A DNA stretch of 64,000 bases from NCBI RefSeq assembly GCF_017406825.1, contig NZ_JAFQXT010000043.1, positions 12,662-76,661 of the forward strand, read 5' to 3'. The stretch is from Methanobrevibacter sp. (GTDB taxonomy: Archaea; Methanobacteriota; Methanobacteria; Methanobacteriales; Methanobacteriaceae). This document shows, in pieces, positions 1 to 10,038 of this stretch (positions are counted from its first letter, which is position 1; the number at the start of each line of letters is the position of its first letter). Under the pieces are notes generated by a model. The model had not been told where the DNA came from and did not search any database. It saw only the letters and a list, made by a program, of their open reading frames with translations. Position numbers and translations under genes: made by a program.

Positions 1-311
1 AGCTCAACATTTGATACGTAATAGCTAACGAAATCCGCAGTAGGCATTCCCGGAAATGAAATGGCAATCCCGATTACGCTGATATAAATAATGGATGAAA
101 TGTTGAAAGGAAGTTTTCTCTCCATCCATACGCCGACAAAGGTCAACAACGATAAGATACCCATTCCAACGAGTGAATCATACATGGGATGCCGATATCC
201 CAAATAATTTCCAATTGCAGTTATTATCGAAAAGATGGCCAGAAGCAGAATCCAATTGAAAATACCTTGTACAGAAACATTTTCAGTACCGTCTATGAGA
301 TCAGGCATCAT
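1..311 (-). CDS. Polytopic membrane protein, partial (runs off the window start)
   Basis: Minus-strand frame is open from ATG at 311 (or 308) to position 1. Translation MMPDLIDGTENVSVQGIFNWILLLAIFSIITAIGNYLGY... is hydrophobic. The start overlaps the stop of the upstream gene by 11 nt. Confidence 0.45.
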   Translation of the reverse strand, partial: MMPDLIDGTENVSVQGIFNWILLLAIFSIITAIGNYLGYRHPMYDSLVGMGILSLLTFVGVWMERKLPFNISSIIYISVIGIAISFPGMPTADFVSYYVSNVE

Positions 312-1212
312 TATCATCCCCGTCATATAAGGAAGAGTCCCTTCCGATTCTTGGCTCTAAAATTTCATATAACTTTTCAGTTAGAGGCAATGCAATAAAT
401 ATTACAATGTAGATTCCAATTGAAAATGACAGCAGGTTACTGAACCCTGCAAACGCTTCGATTTGAGTTTCCAAATGTGGAAATGCGGCAAGGGTAGGTC
501 CTAATGAAGCCGCATTCATACTAGCGCTTCCAACACCGCTCGCCATTGCAAATGCGAAAGGATGGAGCGGTAAAACGGAGACACTGATGCTTGTTAGGAA
601 ACTTATAAAAACTGTTCCTATTATGGTTCCGACAATAAATAAAGCAAAGATTCCTCTGGATTCGGGAGAATTGAACCCGAATTTATCAACGACAACGGCA
701 ACTTCAGGTTCACGGCCTATTGAATTGGTCATGCCAATTGCCTCTCTTTTAAAACCTAAAAGCAGCGCAACAGGAAGAGCGATGAGAATTGTGGCGAGGT
801 GGCCCAGTTCCTGAAGCATCAAAGCAGGACCCATTTCAAATAACAGATGTATTGACTGGCCACTGGATACCGCTAATTTGGCAATTAAAATACCGATAAA
901 CAGCATCATTGCACCTTCGGCAACTCTGGACTGCTTTCTTTGTATCCAGAAAATTCTCTTATCCAAGTAGAATATTAATCCTAGAACCATCGTGTAAAGC
1001 AAAGGCATTATTAAAACTTCGACACCTTTTGAAATTTGAATTTCTATTGGACCGATGATCATTGCAAAAATGGATACAAAAAGTACAGTTAGGTGCAATC
1101 CGTAATCTCTCCAAGGATTTTTCTTTAAAATACGTTTATCTGTCTTTTGACGATATATGTGCTGAATTTCATTCGTTGAAGTGTCTTTTTTTGAAATAAT
1201 ACCCTCTCCCAC
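301..1212 (-). CDS. Polytopic membrane protein (possibly DUF3100-type), function unknown
   Basis: 303-aa ORF with about 8 hydrophobic segments. The family assignment is from memory only. Confidence 0.6.
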   Translation of the reverse strand: MGEGIISKKDTSTNEIQHIYRQKTDKRILKKNPWRDYGLHLTVLFVSIFAMIIGPIEIQISKGVEVLIMPLLYTMVLGLIFYLDKRIFWIQRKQSRVAEGAMMLFIGILIAKLAVSSGQSIHLLFEMGPALMLQELGHLATILIALPVALLLGFKREAIGMTNSIGREPEVAVVVDKFGFNSPESRGIFALFIVGTIIGTVFISFLTSISVSVLPLHPFAFAMASGVGSASMNAASLGPTLAAFPHLETQIEAFAGFSNLLSFSIGIYIVIFIALPLTEKLYEILEPRIGRDSSLYDGDDNDA

Positions 1213-1404
1213 CCCACATAATAAATATGCTTGTTGAATTTATCTATCATAAAAATAGTATATAAATTAGTAAGACTTAGTTCTCAAAAGTTCTAAAAAT
1301 AAGAATAAGAATCGTTATAAATTAATTATTATTTCACAAAAAGTGAATTAAAGATTTTTAAAGATAATGGCTAAAATCTGAAACAAAGAATCAAATAAAA
1401 GTAT

Positions 1405-2673
1405 TTACCTTAAATCATAACGGCAAAGAGGTTTTGACAAATGTCTTCTAGCAGAAACCGGTGTTTCATAAAATTGAGCATTATTCAAATCACGGTGAAT
1501 TATAATAGGAACTTTTTCATCTGACTCAATTTTATTTCCGCATCTTTTACATTTGAATCCCTTGTTTTTGCCGGCTGAAGTCATTCTCTTTCCGCACTCG
1601 CAAACAGGATTCTTATATTCCACATCATTCAACTTGATAACCCTGAACTTTTCAATGTTGAATGTGTGCTGCTCGCCGATTCCGCCATAAATTTCAATAA
1701 TGTCTCCAGGCCTTAAATGAGAAACCGTCTTTCTGAATTTTTTGGTTGGTTCATATGCTCCGCATTCAATCTCATCGGACTCGTCACGGATATAAAAGAA
1801 CATATGGCCTCCATCAATGATTGTAGGCTTGTTTTTAACCTCTCCGCAAACACAGTAACACCCGAACTGTTTCATGTCCGAAATTTTTGAAGCCTTCTGA
1901 ATATGCATATCGGTGTGCTGGTTTGTTTTGAAAATACACCAATCATCAATCGGTTCAGATACTTTAACAATACCTTTTGCTTCATTTAGAGCTTCAGGAG
2001 TGTTTGACCTGATTCCATACAAAACAGGACATGGAGTTTTCGGTTCGATTGCAATATAATCTTCAGAATAATCGATATTTTCAAAAGTGTCCGGAAATGT
2101 CTTCCTGTCCATCTCATAAACAGACTCATAGTCAATCTGGCGTTTGGTTCCAAAGTTTTCAGGTGCCCGGTAGGCAAGTAATTCATAGGTGCAATCGGAT
2201 AAAGGCAAACTGATTGCTGCAATGGATCCGATGATTCCTCTTCCCTTTTTGAACTTATGAATTTCACATCCAACGGATTTGCCAAACTCCTCAGCCTCAT
2301 CAATTGTTATGAACTCATAAATTGCTTTGAATGCATAATCTTCCATTTCCTTTGTAATATCCCCCTCATAAAAGATTACGCCGGGATTTGTATTGTCACA
2401 GTCAAACATGGACAGTTTTTCAACAGATTCCAGAACGATTTCTTTTGCCAAATCGGCTTTTGAATCATTTATGATTTTTAATCCAACCCCTCCGTTTCCA
2501 CGGGTTTTATGTCTGGCAAATGGATTCAATCTTATCAGCCTGGGATAATCAACTAGACCTATGCCATTATCCCTGAATTTATTGATAATCTGGCTTGCGA
2601 GATATGTTGTGCACATCCCATCCGGAGAATCCGTATCGTCTATTCCAATGTATAAATACTTAATCAAAATCAC
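1405..2673 (-). CDS. tiaS: tRNA(Ile2) 2-agmatinylcytidine synthetase
   Basis: N-terminal YIGIDDTDSPDGMCTTYL signature and a C-terminal Zn-ribbon (CECGKRM...CKRCG), typical of archaeal TiaS. Length 422 aa. Confidence 0.85.
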   Translation of the reverse strand: MILIKYLYIGIDDTDSPDGMCTTYLASQIINKFRDNGIGLVDYPRLIRLNPFARHKTRGNGGVGLKIINDSKADLAKEIVLESVEKLSMFDCDNTNPGVIFYEGDITKEMEDYAFKAIYEFITIDEAEEFGKSVGCEIHKFKKGRGIIGSIAAISLPLSDCTYELLAYRAPENFGTKRQIDYESVYEMDRKTFPDTFENIDYSEDYIAIEPKTPCPVLYGIRSNTPEALNEAKGIVKVSEPIDDWCIFKTNQHTDMHIQKASKISDMKQFGCYCVCGEVKNKPTIIDGGHMFFYIRDESDEIECGAYEPTKKFRKTVSHLRPGDIIEIYGGIGEQHTFNIEKFRVIKLNDVEYKNPVCECGKRMTSAGKNKGFKCKRCGNKIESDEKVPIIIHRDLNNAQFYETPVSARRHLSKPLCRYDLR

Positions 2674-2728
2674 CTACTAAAATATATTTAATGTTAAATT
2701 AATATATAGTTTAAGAGAGGTATTTACT

Positions 2729-3661
2729 ATGTTAACCCGAAGCCAACTATTACACAATATTGAAAACTTACTAACCTCAAATGGTTTTAAAACCTCAGAC
2801 ATTTATGACCAGGGTTCTTTTGATATTGTAGCAAGAAAAAACTTACAGATTTTACTTCTGAAAACATTTCAAAACATTGACAGCATTAATGAACATAATG
2901 CGCATGAAATGAAACAATTGGCAAATATATTTCTTGCCTCCCCAATCATAATCGGTGAAAAATCAAGGAACGGCTTTTTGGAGGAAGGCGTGATTTATGA
3001 AAGATATGAAATTCCGACAATCGGCTTTGAAACCCTGAAAAATATGATTGCATATGGTGAATACCCTGAAATACTGGCTGACCGCGGAGGTTACTTTGTT
3101 AAAATCGACGGAAATGTCATCAAACAATACCGCGAAGAATACTCAATGTCCCTTAAGGATTTGGCAAGTCTTGCGCATGTATCTCGCGCCACAATGTACA
3201 AATACGAAAATGGAATTGTCAGGGCGAATACGGAAACTGCAATGATTTTAGAAGAGATCCTGAATACCAAAGTGACATTGGACATTGATCTGTTGAAGCA
3301 ACCCCAAAAGGAAAACATTGAATATAGCGATGATGTTAATGACTTATCAAAACTTGGATATGGCGTGATATCCACGAATAAAAGCCCATTTGATGCCGTT
3401 GCAAAAATGAAAAGTTCTGATAAACATTCCCCATTAATAGCCAATGTCGAGAAAAACAGAACAGAAAAAACATTGAAAAGAATGGCCATTCCATTAAAAG
3501 ATTTATCAATGGTTACGACTTCAGAACCAGTATTCATTATTAACAATGAAAAAATAAAAGAATCCCTTGGAACCGTACCTGTCATCAAATCATGGGAATT
3601 GAAAGAGTTTGAAAATTCAAAAGAATTATTGAAGATGATTAGAGAAAGAAAAGAAAACTAA
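2729..3661 (+). CDS. Archaeal putative HTH-type (XRE-like) transcriptional regulator
   Basis: Central helix-turn-helix segment MSLKDLASLAHVSRATMYKYENG. The length and architecture match the conserved euryarchaeal putative HTH regulatory protein family. Confidence 0.75.
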   Translation: MLTRSQLLHNIENLLTSNGFKTSDIYDQGSFDIVARKNLQILLLKTFQNIDSINEHNAHEMKQLANIFLASPIIIGEKSRNGFLEEGVIYERYEIPTIGFETLKNMIAYGEYPEILADRGGYFVKIDGNVIKQYREEYSMSLKDLASLAHVSRATMYKYENGIVRANTETAMILEEILNTKVTLDIDLLKQPQKENIEYSDDVNDLSKLGYGVISTNKSPFDAVAKMKSSDKHSPLIANVEKNRTEKTLKRMAIPLKDLSMVTTSEPVFIINNEKIKESLGTVPVIKSWELKEFENSKELLKMIRERKEN

Positions 3662-3670
3662 AGTGGTAAT

Positions 3671-4057
3671 ATGGAAAACTTGCAAATAACTGATATGGAA
3701 AACTATCCTATTAAATGGGTTTGTAACTTTAAAGGTCAAAAAGCTATTGGGATTTGTGGAAAAACCCAGAAAATAGCAATGTTTGCATCAGACGAACGCG
3801 TATCCAGAATTCTTGATGATATTGTAATAGGAACCGATGAGGAACAGGAAGGATATGGCTGTGAAGAAAAGGACAGATGCTGCAATTTTGAATGTGAACT
3901 TTGTGAGATTTCCCCTAGACAATATCTGCAGATTACCGGCAAGAAACCCTCAAATAAAAATATAAAAGACCTGATTAACGGACTGGCTGACTTGAACCAA
4001 TCCCTTGAACAGGACGGACACGTTCCATTTGAAGAATATGAAGTTGTAAAACTTTAA
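3671..4057 (+). CDS. Small Cys-rich hypothetical protein
   Basis: 128-aa ORF starting 10 nt after the HTH gene. Contains the cysteine cluster GCEEKDRCCNFECELCE plus CNF...GIC. Confidence 0.55.
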   Translation: MENLQITDMENYPIKWVCNFKGQKAIGICGKTQKIAMFASDERVSRILDDIVIGTDEEQEGYGCEEKDRCCNFECELCEISPRQYLQITGKKPSNKNIKDLINGLADLNQSLEQDGHVPFEEYEVVKL

Positions 4058-4848
4058 TATTCCTTCAACAATTCAAAGTCTTCACGTGCCTCTTCAACTT
4101 TGGCAACGCCCATGCAAATCGCATCCACAAAATCGGCATTCTTATAGAATGTGAATGCTTCTTTTGGTTTTAGGACTCCTGCCGCAAGTATTCTTGTGGC
4201 GATGATTTTCTTATTTAGATTAGCTATTTTTTCGATGAATTCCTGTCTTTGAGAAGCATTGAAAGCACTGATATCCATCATATAGGAAAGGCTGTTATAT
4301 GGAATCATATAAAAATCGAACAGATCCATATCCAGATTATCGGCGAGCAAATCTGAAGTTCTTGATGGAAATGCAGTGCAAAGACCTGAAAGGGAACCTG
4401 AATCATTAATCCTATTTAAAATCTTTGAGGTTAACCTCCAGTCATATGCGTCGGTTATGAATTCATCAACAATCATTAAGGGACAGTCATATTGGCTGAA
4501 CAGCTCTATATCCTCATCCCAGTCGGCTTCCTTTGCAACTTCATAATTCGGATTCAGATAATCGACATCGCTTTTGCCTATAGTTGCGATTACTTTCATC
4601 TCACATCCTTCAGACAGTGCAATATCATAGGCCTGCAATAATTTTGAATCATTTACCAGGTTTATAGCACGTACACCCCGATTATATGCTTCCATGATAA
4701 CCTCGGAAGTGTTTTGAGGATTGTTGTATAAATCATCCAAGTAAAGTCTTGATCTGTGCCCATAATAAAGCTCAGCCATAAATGGACCATATCCTAAAAT
4801 GCATTGCGGAATTACTTTTCCTTTATACTCAAAATCCTCAAGAAACAT
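4054..4848 (-). CDS. Conserved hypothetical protein (possible TIM-barrel-like enzyme)
   Basis: Long ORF. I prefer ATG at 4848 over the TTG at 4875 used in the track, because that removes the overlap with ybjQ. No recognisable catalytic motif. Confidence 0.6.
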   Translation of the reverse strand: MFLEDFEYKGKVIPQCILGYGPFMAELYYGHRSRLYLDDLYNNPQNTSEVIMEAYNRGVRAINLVNDSKLLQAYDIALSEGCEMKVIATIGKSDVDYLNPNYEVAKEADWDEDIELFSQYDCPLMIVDEFITDAYDWRLTSKILNRINDSGSLSGLCTAFPSRTSDLLADNLDMDLFDFYMIPYNSLSYMMDISAFNASQRQEFIEKIANLNKKIIATRILAAGVLKPKEAFTFYKNADFVDAICMGVAKVEEAREDFELLKEY

Positions 4849-4855
4849 ATTATCA

Positions 4856-5194
4856 TCATTCTTTTTCAATAACAACAGCAGTTCCGTATGCTAAAACTTC
4901 CTGCATATTTTGGGATATGCTGTCAGAGTCCATTCTCATTGAAATGATTGCGTTTGCACCTAATTCCTTTGCATGTTCAATGCATCGTTCGATGCATTCC
5001 TCTCTTGACTCCTCCATCATTTTAACATACTGTTTGATTTCTCCACCTAGAATTCCTTTGAGACCTGCTCCTATATCTCCACCAAGGCCTCTTGCACGTA
5101 CGGTCAAACCATATACAAATCCTTTATTCTCAACAATCTTGTATCCTACAATGTAATTTGCACTTGAAATTGGAAATTCATCCATACTTACCAT
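4856..5194 (-). CDS. YbjQ/UPF0145 family protein
   Basis: Motifs GLTVRARGLGGDIGAGLKGILGGEI and AKELGANAII...YGTAV are typical of the YbjQ family. GGTGAT sits 5 nt upstream of ATG 5194. Confidence 0.8.
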   Translation of the reverse strand: MVSMDEFPISSANYIVGYKIVENKGFVYGLTVRARGLGGDIGAGLKGILGGEIKQYVKMMEESREECIERCIEHAKELGANAIISMRMDSDSISQNMQEVLAYGTAVVIEKE

Positions 5195-5641
5195 AAAAAT
5201 CACCGATTATTACTTGAGTCATCTTAAACTATATTAACCTCAAACTGGAGGATTCCTAAGTTTTTTAAACCCGTTGGTTATCTTAGGCATATCCATAGTT
5301 CAAGGGGTTCAAACAATGAATATTACTGTTAACTTTTCATTGGAAAAATAATTAATTTTTCATCGCTAATTGTATTTTATTTATTCAACATTTTAAATAT
5401 TATAGAAAAATTTTTGAAATTAATCCCACCAATTCCATTTGTTCAATGCCTTAAATTAATAAGTTAAGGTAATATTGCACACATTAAGCTAAATAATCTC
5501 ATTTAATTAAAAAGAAGTAATATTTTTTTAAAATTTGCAAAATAGTGGTTAATGTATGAAATATAATATATTTTAAATATAATAAAAAATAGATATTTAA
5601 CTAATATTTATGATTAAATATTCAATAATTATGGTGAAAAA

Positions 5642-7216
5642 ATGAAAGTACTTATTGCTGATGCTATTAATGAAAAAGGTATCGAAAATCTGAAGGAAGT
5701 GGCTGACGTTGTTGTAGACACTGAAATCACTCCTGAAGAATTGGCTGATACCATCCACGAATATGGTGGAATAATTGTACGAAGTAGGACAAAACTAACC
5801 AAAGACATCATTGAAAAAGCGGACAATTTGAAAATAATTGCAAGAGCAGGTGTTGGAGTGGACAACATCGACATTGACGCTGCAACTGAAAAAGGTATAA
5901 TGGTTGTAAACTCTCCTGAATCAACTTCAGTGACCGTTGCAGAACATACCATGGGATTAATCCTAAGCATGGCCCGTAAAATATCCATTGCTGACAAATC
6001 CGTTAAAGAAGGCAAATGGGAAAAGAAAAAGTTCATGGGCGTTGAACTTAGAAACAAAACCCTCGGTGTAATAGGTATGGGAAGAATCGGTTCACAAGTT
6101 GTAAACAGATGCAAAGCATTTGGAATGGATGCCATGGCATATGATCCATACCTTCCGGAAGAAGTTGCAAAACAGATGGGTGTTGAATTGACTGACTTGG
6201 ACACTGTTCTTAAAAATGCTGATTTCATCACAATACATGTTCCATTGACTCCGGAAACTGAACATTCAATTTCAACCGAGCAATTTGAAATCATGAAAGA
6301 CACCACATATATTGTTAACTGCGCTCGTGGCGGAATTATTGATGAAGAAGCATTATATGATGCATTAGCAAACAATAAAATAGGTGGAGCTGCATTGGAT
6401 GTGTACGAAGACGAACCACCTGCTGAAGACTCAAAATTATTCGAATTGGACAATATCGTTTTAACTCCTCATATTGCTGCTTCAACTAAAGAGGCACAAA
6501 GGGATGCCGCCATAATTGTGGCTGATGAAATTATTGAATTAATCAAAGGAAACAACCCTAAAAACATTTTGAACATGCCACGTATCGATAATAACACATA
6601 TCAGGAATTGACCCCATACATGGAACTATGTGAAAAATTAGGCAGTTTCGTATCACAAGGAGTGAACGGTAAAATCAGGGAAATCGGCATTATCTACAGC
6701 GGCGAACTGGCTGAAATCGATAACCTTGAAATCTTAACCAGAAACGTTATCAAAGGTGTTGTTAACCCATTCTTAAGTTCTCCTGTTAATGAAGTAAATG
6801 CTTCACTTGTTGCAAAAGAAAGAGGAATAAGCATTACTGAAGGCAGAAAAGATTCCGATAAAGGATATGACTCCTTAATTAATGTCATTGCAGTCAGTGA
6901 CAACGATACATTCTCTGCTGAAGGTACTCATTTACACGAATCAAGAATTTTAAAAGTGAACGGCTACTGGGTAGATGTTATCCCTAAAGGAAACATGTTC
7001 ATTGCAAAATATGAAGATGTTCCTGGAAGTATCGGTAAAATAGGAACCAAATTAGGAGAACATAACGTTAACATTGGAATTATGCAAGTTGGAAGAGATG
7101 AAAAAGGCGGAAGAGCCATCATGGTTCTAACTTTAGATAAGGAAATTCCAAAAGACGTTATTAATGAAATCCGAGAATTAGATAATGTTTATGAAGCTAT
7201 CGGATTAAACTTATAA
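5642..7216 (+). CDS. serA: D-3-phosphoglycerate dehydrogenase
   Basis: Contains the 2-hydroxyacid dehydrogenase NAD fold [12 protein letters not shown] and a catalytic region [10 protein letters not shown]...TPHIAAST. The C-terminal ACT domain is also present (524 aa long form). Confidence 0.9.
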   Translation: MKVLIADAINEKGIENLKEVADVVVDTEITPEELADTIHEYGGIIVRSRTKLTKDIIEKADNLKIIARAGVGVDNIDIDAATEKGIMVVNSPESTSVTVAEHTMGLILSMARKISIADKSVKEGKWEKKKFMGVELRNKTLGVIGMGRIGSQVVNRCKAFGMDAMAYDPYLPEEVAKQMGVELTDLDTVLKNADFITIHVPLTPETEHSISTEQFEIMKDTTYIVNCARGGIIDEEALYDALANNKIGGAALDVYEDEPPAEDSKLFELDNIVLTPHIAASTKEAQRDAAIIVADEIIELIKGNNPKNILNMPRIDNNTYQELTPYMELCEKLGSFVSQGVNGKIREIGIIYSGELAEIDNLEILTRNVIKGVVNPFLSSPVNEVNASLVAKERGISITEGRKDSDKGYDSLINVIAVSDNDTFSAEGTHLHESRILKVNGYWVDVIPKGNMFIAKYEDVPGSIGKIGTKLGEHNVNIGIMQVGRDEKGGRAIMVLTLDKEIPKDVINEIRELDNVYEAIGLNL

Positions 7217-7218
7217 TA

Positions 7219-7262
7219 AAAACAATTTCACCATAATTGTTTTTTATTTTTCTTTTTTTATT
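7219..7262. terminator. Hairpin plus T-run between convergent serA and the JAB gene
   Basis: aaaaacaatt-tcaccat-aattgttttt is followed by tatttttcttttttt. It overlaps the 3' end of the minus-strand gene. Confidence 0.4.
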
Positions 7263-7930
7263 ATTCTTTTAACAGAGCCATCAGGATTTAACTCGATTCT
7301 AATCAACTGAGGCATTTGGGTATTGGATATCACTTGAACACGATTCTGCTTTTCGAATTCTTCATAATGATTAACCCTTTCATCATCGAGTGTTTTGAAA
7401 AATTCATCATCTTCCTCATCGAAAAATCCCGGTTTGAACTCATCATCATCGGTGACCACATCACTTGCATCGAAAAATTCGTCCGGATTATCATCGGCCA
7501 GATATCCGTAATCCCCTATTGTATAATCCATATGCTGACCGTAACGGTCGTAAGATTTAAAAGTTTCTAAAGAATAAGGAAGACAGACAATCATGTGAAA
7601 GTATCCATGTTTTGAGAAAGTCTTCAAATCCGCGTCCGATGGTCTTGCACTTGGTCCTGGGTGGCTGTGGACAGATCCCATATATTTTGTATTCATCGGC
7701 ATTAATTCAGTGTGCACTACAGCTCCAGTTTCGCAAGTTTCACCCGGAAGGAATATCAAACCTGTGATGTAGAGTACCTTATCGATTATTTGTCCATCGA
7801 AAAATGCTAAAAATTCATTTGGATATGCTTTTTTTGAATAATAAATAACTGAATCGAGAACTTCACGGTCAACACGGACCTCTCCAAACTCTTCATTGTC
7901 ATTTCCAAATAGCTTAGAGATGAAACTCAT
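7244..7930 (-). CDS. JAB/MPN(+) domain metalloprotease-like protein with acidic C-terminal tail
   Basis: Complete JAMM motif HSHPGPSARPSDAD (HxHx7Sx2D) plus an upstream Glu (NEFLAF). Confidence 0.75.
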   Translation of the reverse strand: MSFISKLFGNDNEEFGEVRVDREVLDSVIYYSKKAYPNEFLAFFDGQIIDKVLYITGLIFLPGETCETGAVVHTELMPMNTKYMGSVHSHPGPSARPSDADLKTFSKHGYFHMIVCLPYSLETFKSYDRYGQHMDYTIGDYGYLADDNPDEFFDASDVVTDDDEFKPGFFDEEDDEFFKTLDDERVNHYEEFEKQNRVQVISNTQMPQLIRIELNPDGSVKRIIKKEK

Positions 7931-8649
7931 TTTATCGCTCCGATATCTTTAAGGAAATCTTCACTGAATATCGGAAGTTCCCAATCTGTGTAAACGTAAC
8001 TTCTATAGGATGTTTGATTCTTTTTCTCTTTTTTATTGAAACCTTCAACTTTCTTATCTTTCCTATATATTCCTATCCCGCGCTTTTTATATGTTTCGAT
8101 GTCATTCAAGTTAATTCCATTTTGGAACAATAATTCATGAATTTCATTTAGCTTCATACCTTTTATTTTATCGTTGGCTTCATTATTTGAATACTTAGTT
8201 TTGAGGTATGAAATTCCATATGAGTTTACGCAATTTCTCCAGGCCTCATCCTGTCTCCATTTGAAATATTTCAAGACATCTTCGTCATTGATTGGAATGA
8301 TTCTTGAATCGAAAGAAGGAGGCTTTCTAAAATCAACATCATAATTCATTACAAAAGATGCGGATGCGAAACTGGGTACAACAGAATTGATCTTTTCAAC
8401 TCTGCCGTCAAAAGGAACATTGTCCAAAAGCAGGCTTATCTCATCAGAAAAGGCATAAAGAAAAATCGGTGAGAATTCGCTGAATAAATCCTCACAAACT
8501 TTTACGATTGCCTCATAAAAAGTTCTATCATAAGGCTTTTCCAAGTCCAGATCAGAAGACAACTTATGAAAAGCCCTGCCATCCAGTCTAACTATAATTT
8601 TTGAGTTTTTTGGAACTTTTAAGGATGAATAAACTTCATACTCTTTCAT
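7927..8649 (-). CDS. tRNA(His) guanylyltransferase-like protein (Thg1-like protein, TLP)
   Basis: N-terminal IVRLDGRAFHKL and SDEISLL motifs are characteristic of Thg1/TLP. There is a 4-nt ATGA overlap with the downstream JAB gene. Confidence 0.8.
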   Translation of the reverse strand: MKEYEVYSSLKVPKNSKIIVRLDGRAFHKLSSDLDLEKPYDRTFYEAIVKVCEDLFSEFSPIFLYAFSDEISLLLDNVPFDGRVEKINSVVPSFASASFVMNYDVDFRKPPSFDSRIIPINDEDVLKYFKWRQDEAWRNCVNSYGISYLKTKYSNNEANDKIKGMKLNEIHELLFQNGINLNDIETYKKRGIGIYRKDKKVEGFNKKEKKNQTSYRSYVYTDWELPIFSEDFLKDIGAIK

Positions 8650-9414
8650 TTACATTCCCACACTGATGGTTTCATTAAAGCTTTTGAGCAATCTGATTGC
8701 TGAAAGTGCTGCCAGCATGCTTGTTTTCGGATTGGATTCGCAAGGAAGATTCTCTGTTCTTGTTTTGAATTCGCCGAAATCACCTTTTACCACAATTTCA
8801 TGAACGTTCCTATCGACTTTTGGGTCAACAATGATTTTAACATCAATATCCTTCTGACAGGCAATGCTTATGGTTGCCGCCACATTTATATTTAGCGGGA
8901 ATTCCTTTACTGCATCTGAAGCTTTTCCTTCAAATAATATCTCTTCAGTATCAATGTCCTTTCCAAGGGATTTTGGAGATTTCCTTGTTGTGAGAGTGAC
9001 ATTTTTAAGACCGAACTTTGCAACAGCTTTGATTCCATCCAAGCCCACGATAGCGCCTGAAGGAAGATGTATCTTTGCACCATGATTTTTAGCTAACTGT
9101 TCAAGTTCATTATAGAATTCATTATCCATCAATGCGCCGATACTCATTATAATCATGTCAATACCGTGTTCTAAAACCTTTGGCGCATATTCCTTAACTG
9201 AAACTGGCGCAGCACATTCTAGAATCAGGTCAACATCATTCATCATGTCATCAAAGTTGAGTACTGCCACTCCTCCGGCCAAACTTGCCAGATTTTCAGC
9301 TTTTTCAATATCCTTATCGAAAAAATATGCAATATCGATTCCATTATTTTCCGGAACTATGCTGGTGGTTATAATGTTAGCAATAGCACCGCATCCTATA
9401 ATACCTACTTTCAT
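8650..9414 (-). CDS. nadX: L-aspartate dehydrogenase
   Basis: MKVGIIGCGAIA Rossmann start, length about 255 aa, and PSGAIVGLDG...AA motifs. ATG 9414 is preferred over GTG 9423. Confidence 0.8.
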   Translation of the reverse strand: MKVGIIGCGAIANIITTSIVPENNGIDIAYFFDKDIEKAENLASLAGGVAVLNFDDMMNDVDLILECAAPVSVKEYAPKVLEHGIDMIIMSIGALMDNEFYNELEQLAKNHGAKIHLPSGAIVGLDGIKAVAKFGLKNVTLTTRKSPKSLGKDIDTEEILFEGKASDAVKEFPLNINVAATISIACQKDIDVKIIVDPKVDRNVHEIVVKGDFGEFKTRTENLPCESNPKTSMLAALSAIRLLKSFNETISVGM

Positions 9415-9463
9415 AGTTATCACACTAAAAAAAGTTTAAAAAAAAGAATATATGAAAGATTAC

Positions 9464-9868
9464 TTATAATCTTTCAGTGTCGAATTGGCTTTGAGTTTCG
9501 CCTTGTGGTTGTGGGGTTTCAGGTTTTGGAGCTGCAACTTCAGGGACTGGTGGTTCAGGGTTTACTTTTTTAATATCCCTAGGATTGATTAGCATAATAT
9601 CCCCGATAGCTTGAACTTTATCAAAGTCAACGGTTAATAAATCACTTTGGAAAGATCTCATATTGTTGTCTTCAGGAACTTCTCCACGAATGCTTCCTAA
9701 AAATGAATTTACGAACCCTGCAGGTTTTGGTTGTTGTTCAATAGCTCTAACTTGTAATTTTGAGATAGTTCCTAATCTGATATTAAGAACAACGTCTTCT
9801 ACACGACCAACATAGTGACCAGTGTTGGTATAAATATCTAAACTGCGTAATTTTGAAACTTCTACCAT
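9464..9868 (-). CDS. PRC-barrel domain protein with Pro-rich C-terminal tail
   Basis: N-terminal LDIYTNTGHYVGRVEDVVLN pattern is typical of archaeal PRC barrels. Tail is PEPPVPEVAAPKPETPQPQ. Confidence 0.7.
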   Translation of the reverse strand: MVEVSKLRSLDIYTNTGHYVGRVEDVVLNIRLGTISKLQVRAIEQQPKPAGFVNSFLGSIRGEVPEDNNMRSFQSDLLTVDFDKVQAIGDIMLINPRDIKKVNPEPPVPEVAAPKPETPQPQGETQSQFDTERL

Positions 9869-10038
9869 GTTTACACCACATTATTATGAATATAAATATT
9901 AAATAAATATGTATAATTTTATTTAATTGTTAATATAAATACTTTATGTTTTATAAATTTAAAAAAAATGAGTTTTTTACAAAAAACTTATTAAATTCCA
10001 AAATAAAAATATATTTTAGACAACAAAGAGGGCTTTAA

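Noticed and set aside
5629-6453. 274-aa ORF antisense to serA
   Set aside because: It is a low-complexity Ser/Ile-rich translation lying fully inside a strongly supported gene. This is a typical shadow ORF of an AT-rich genome.
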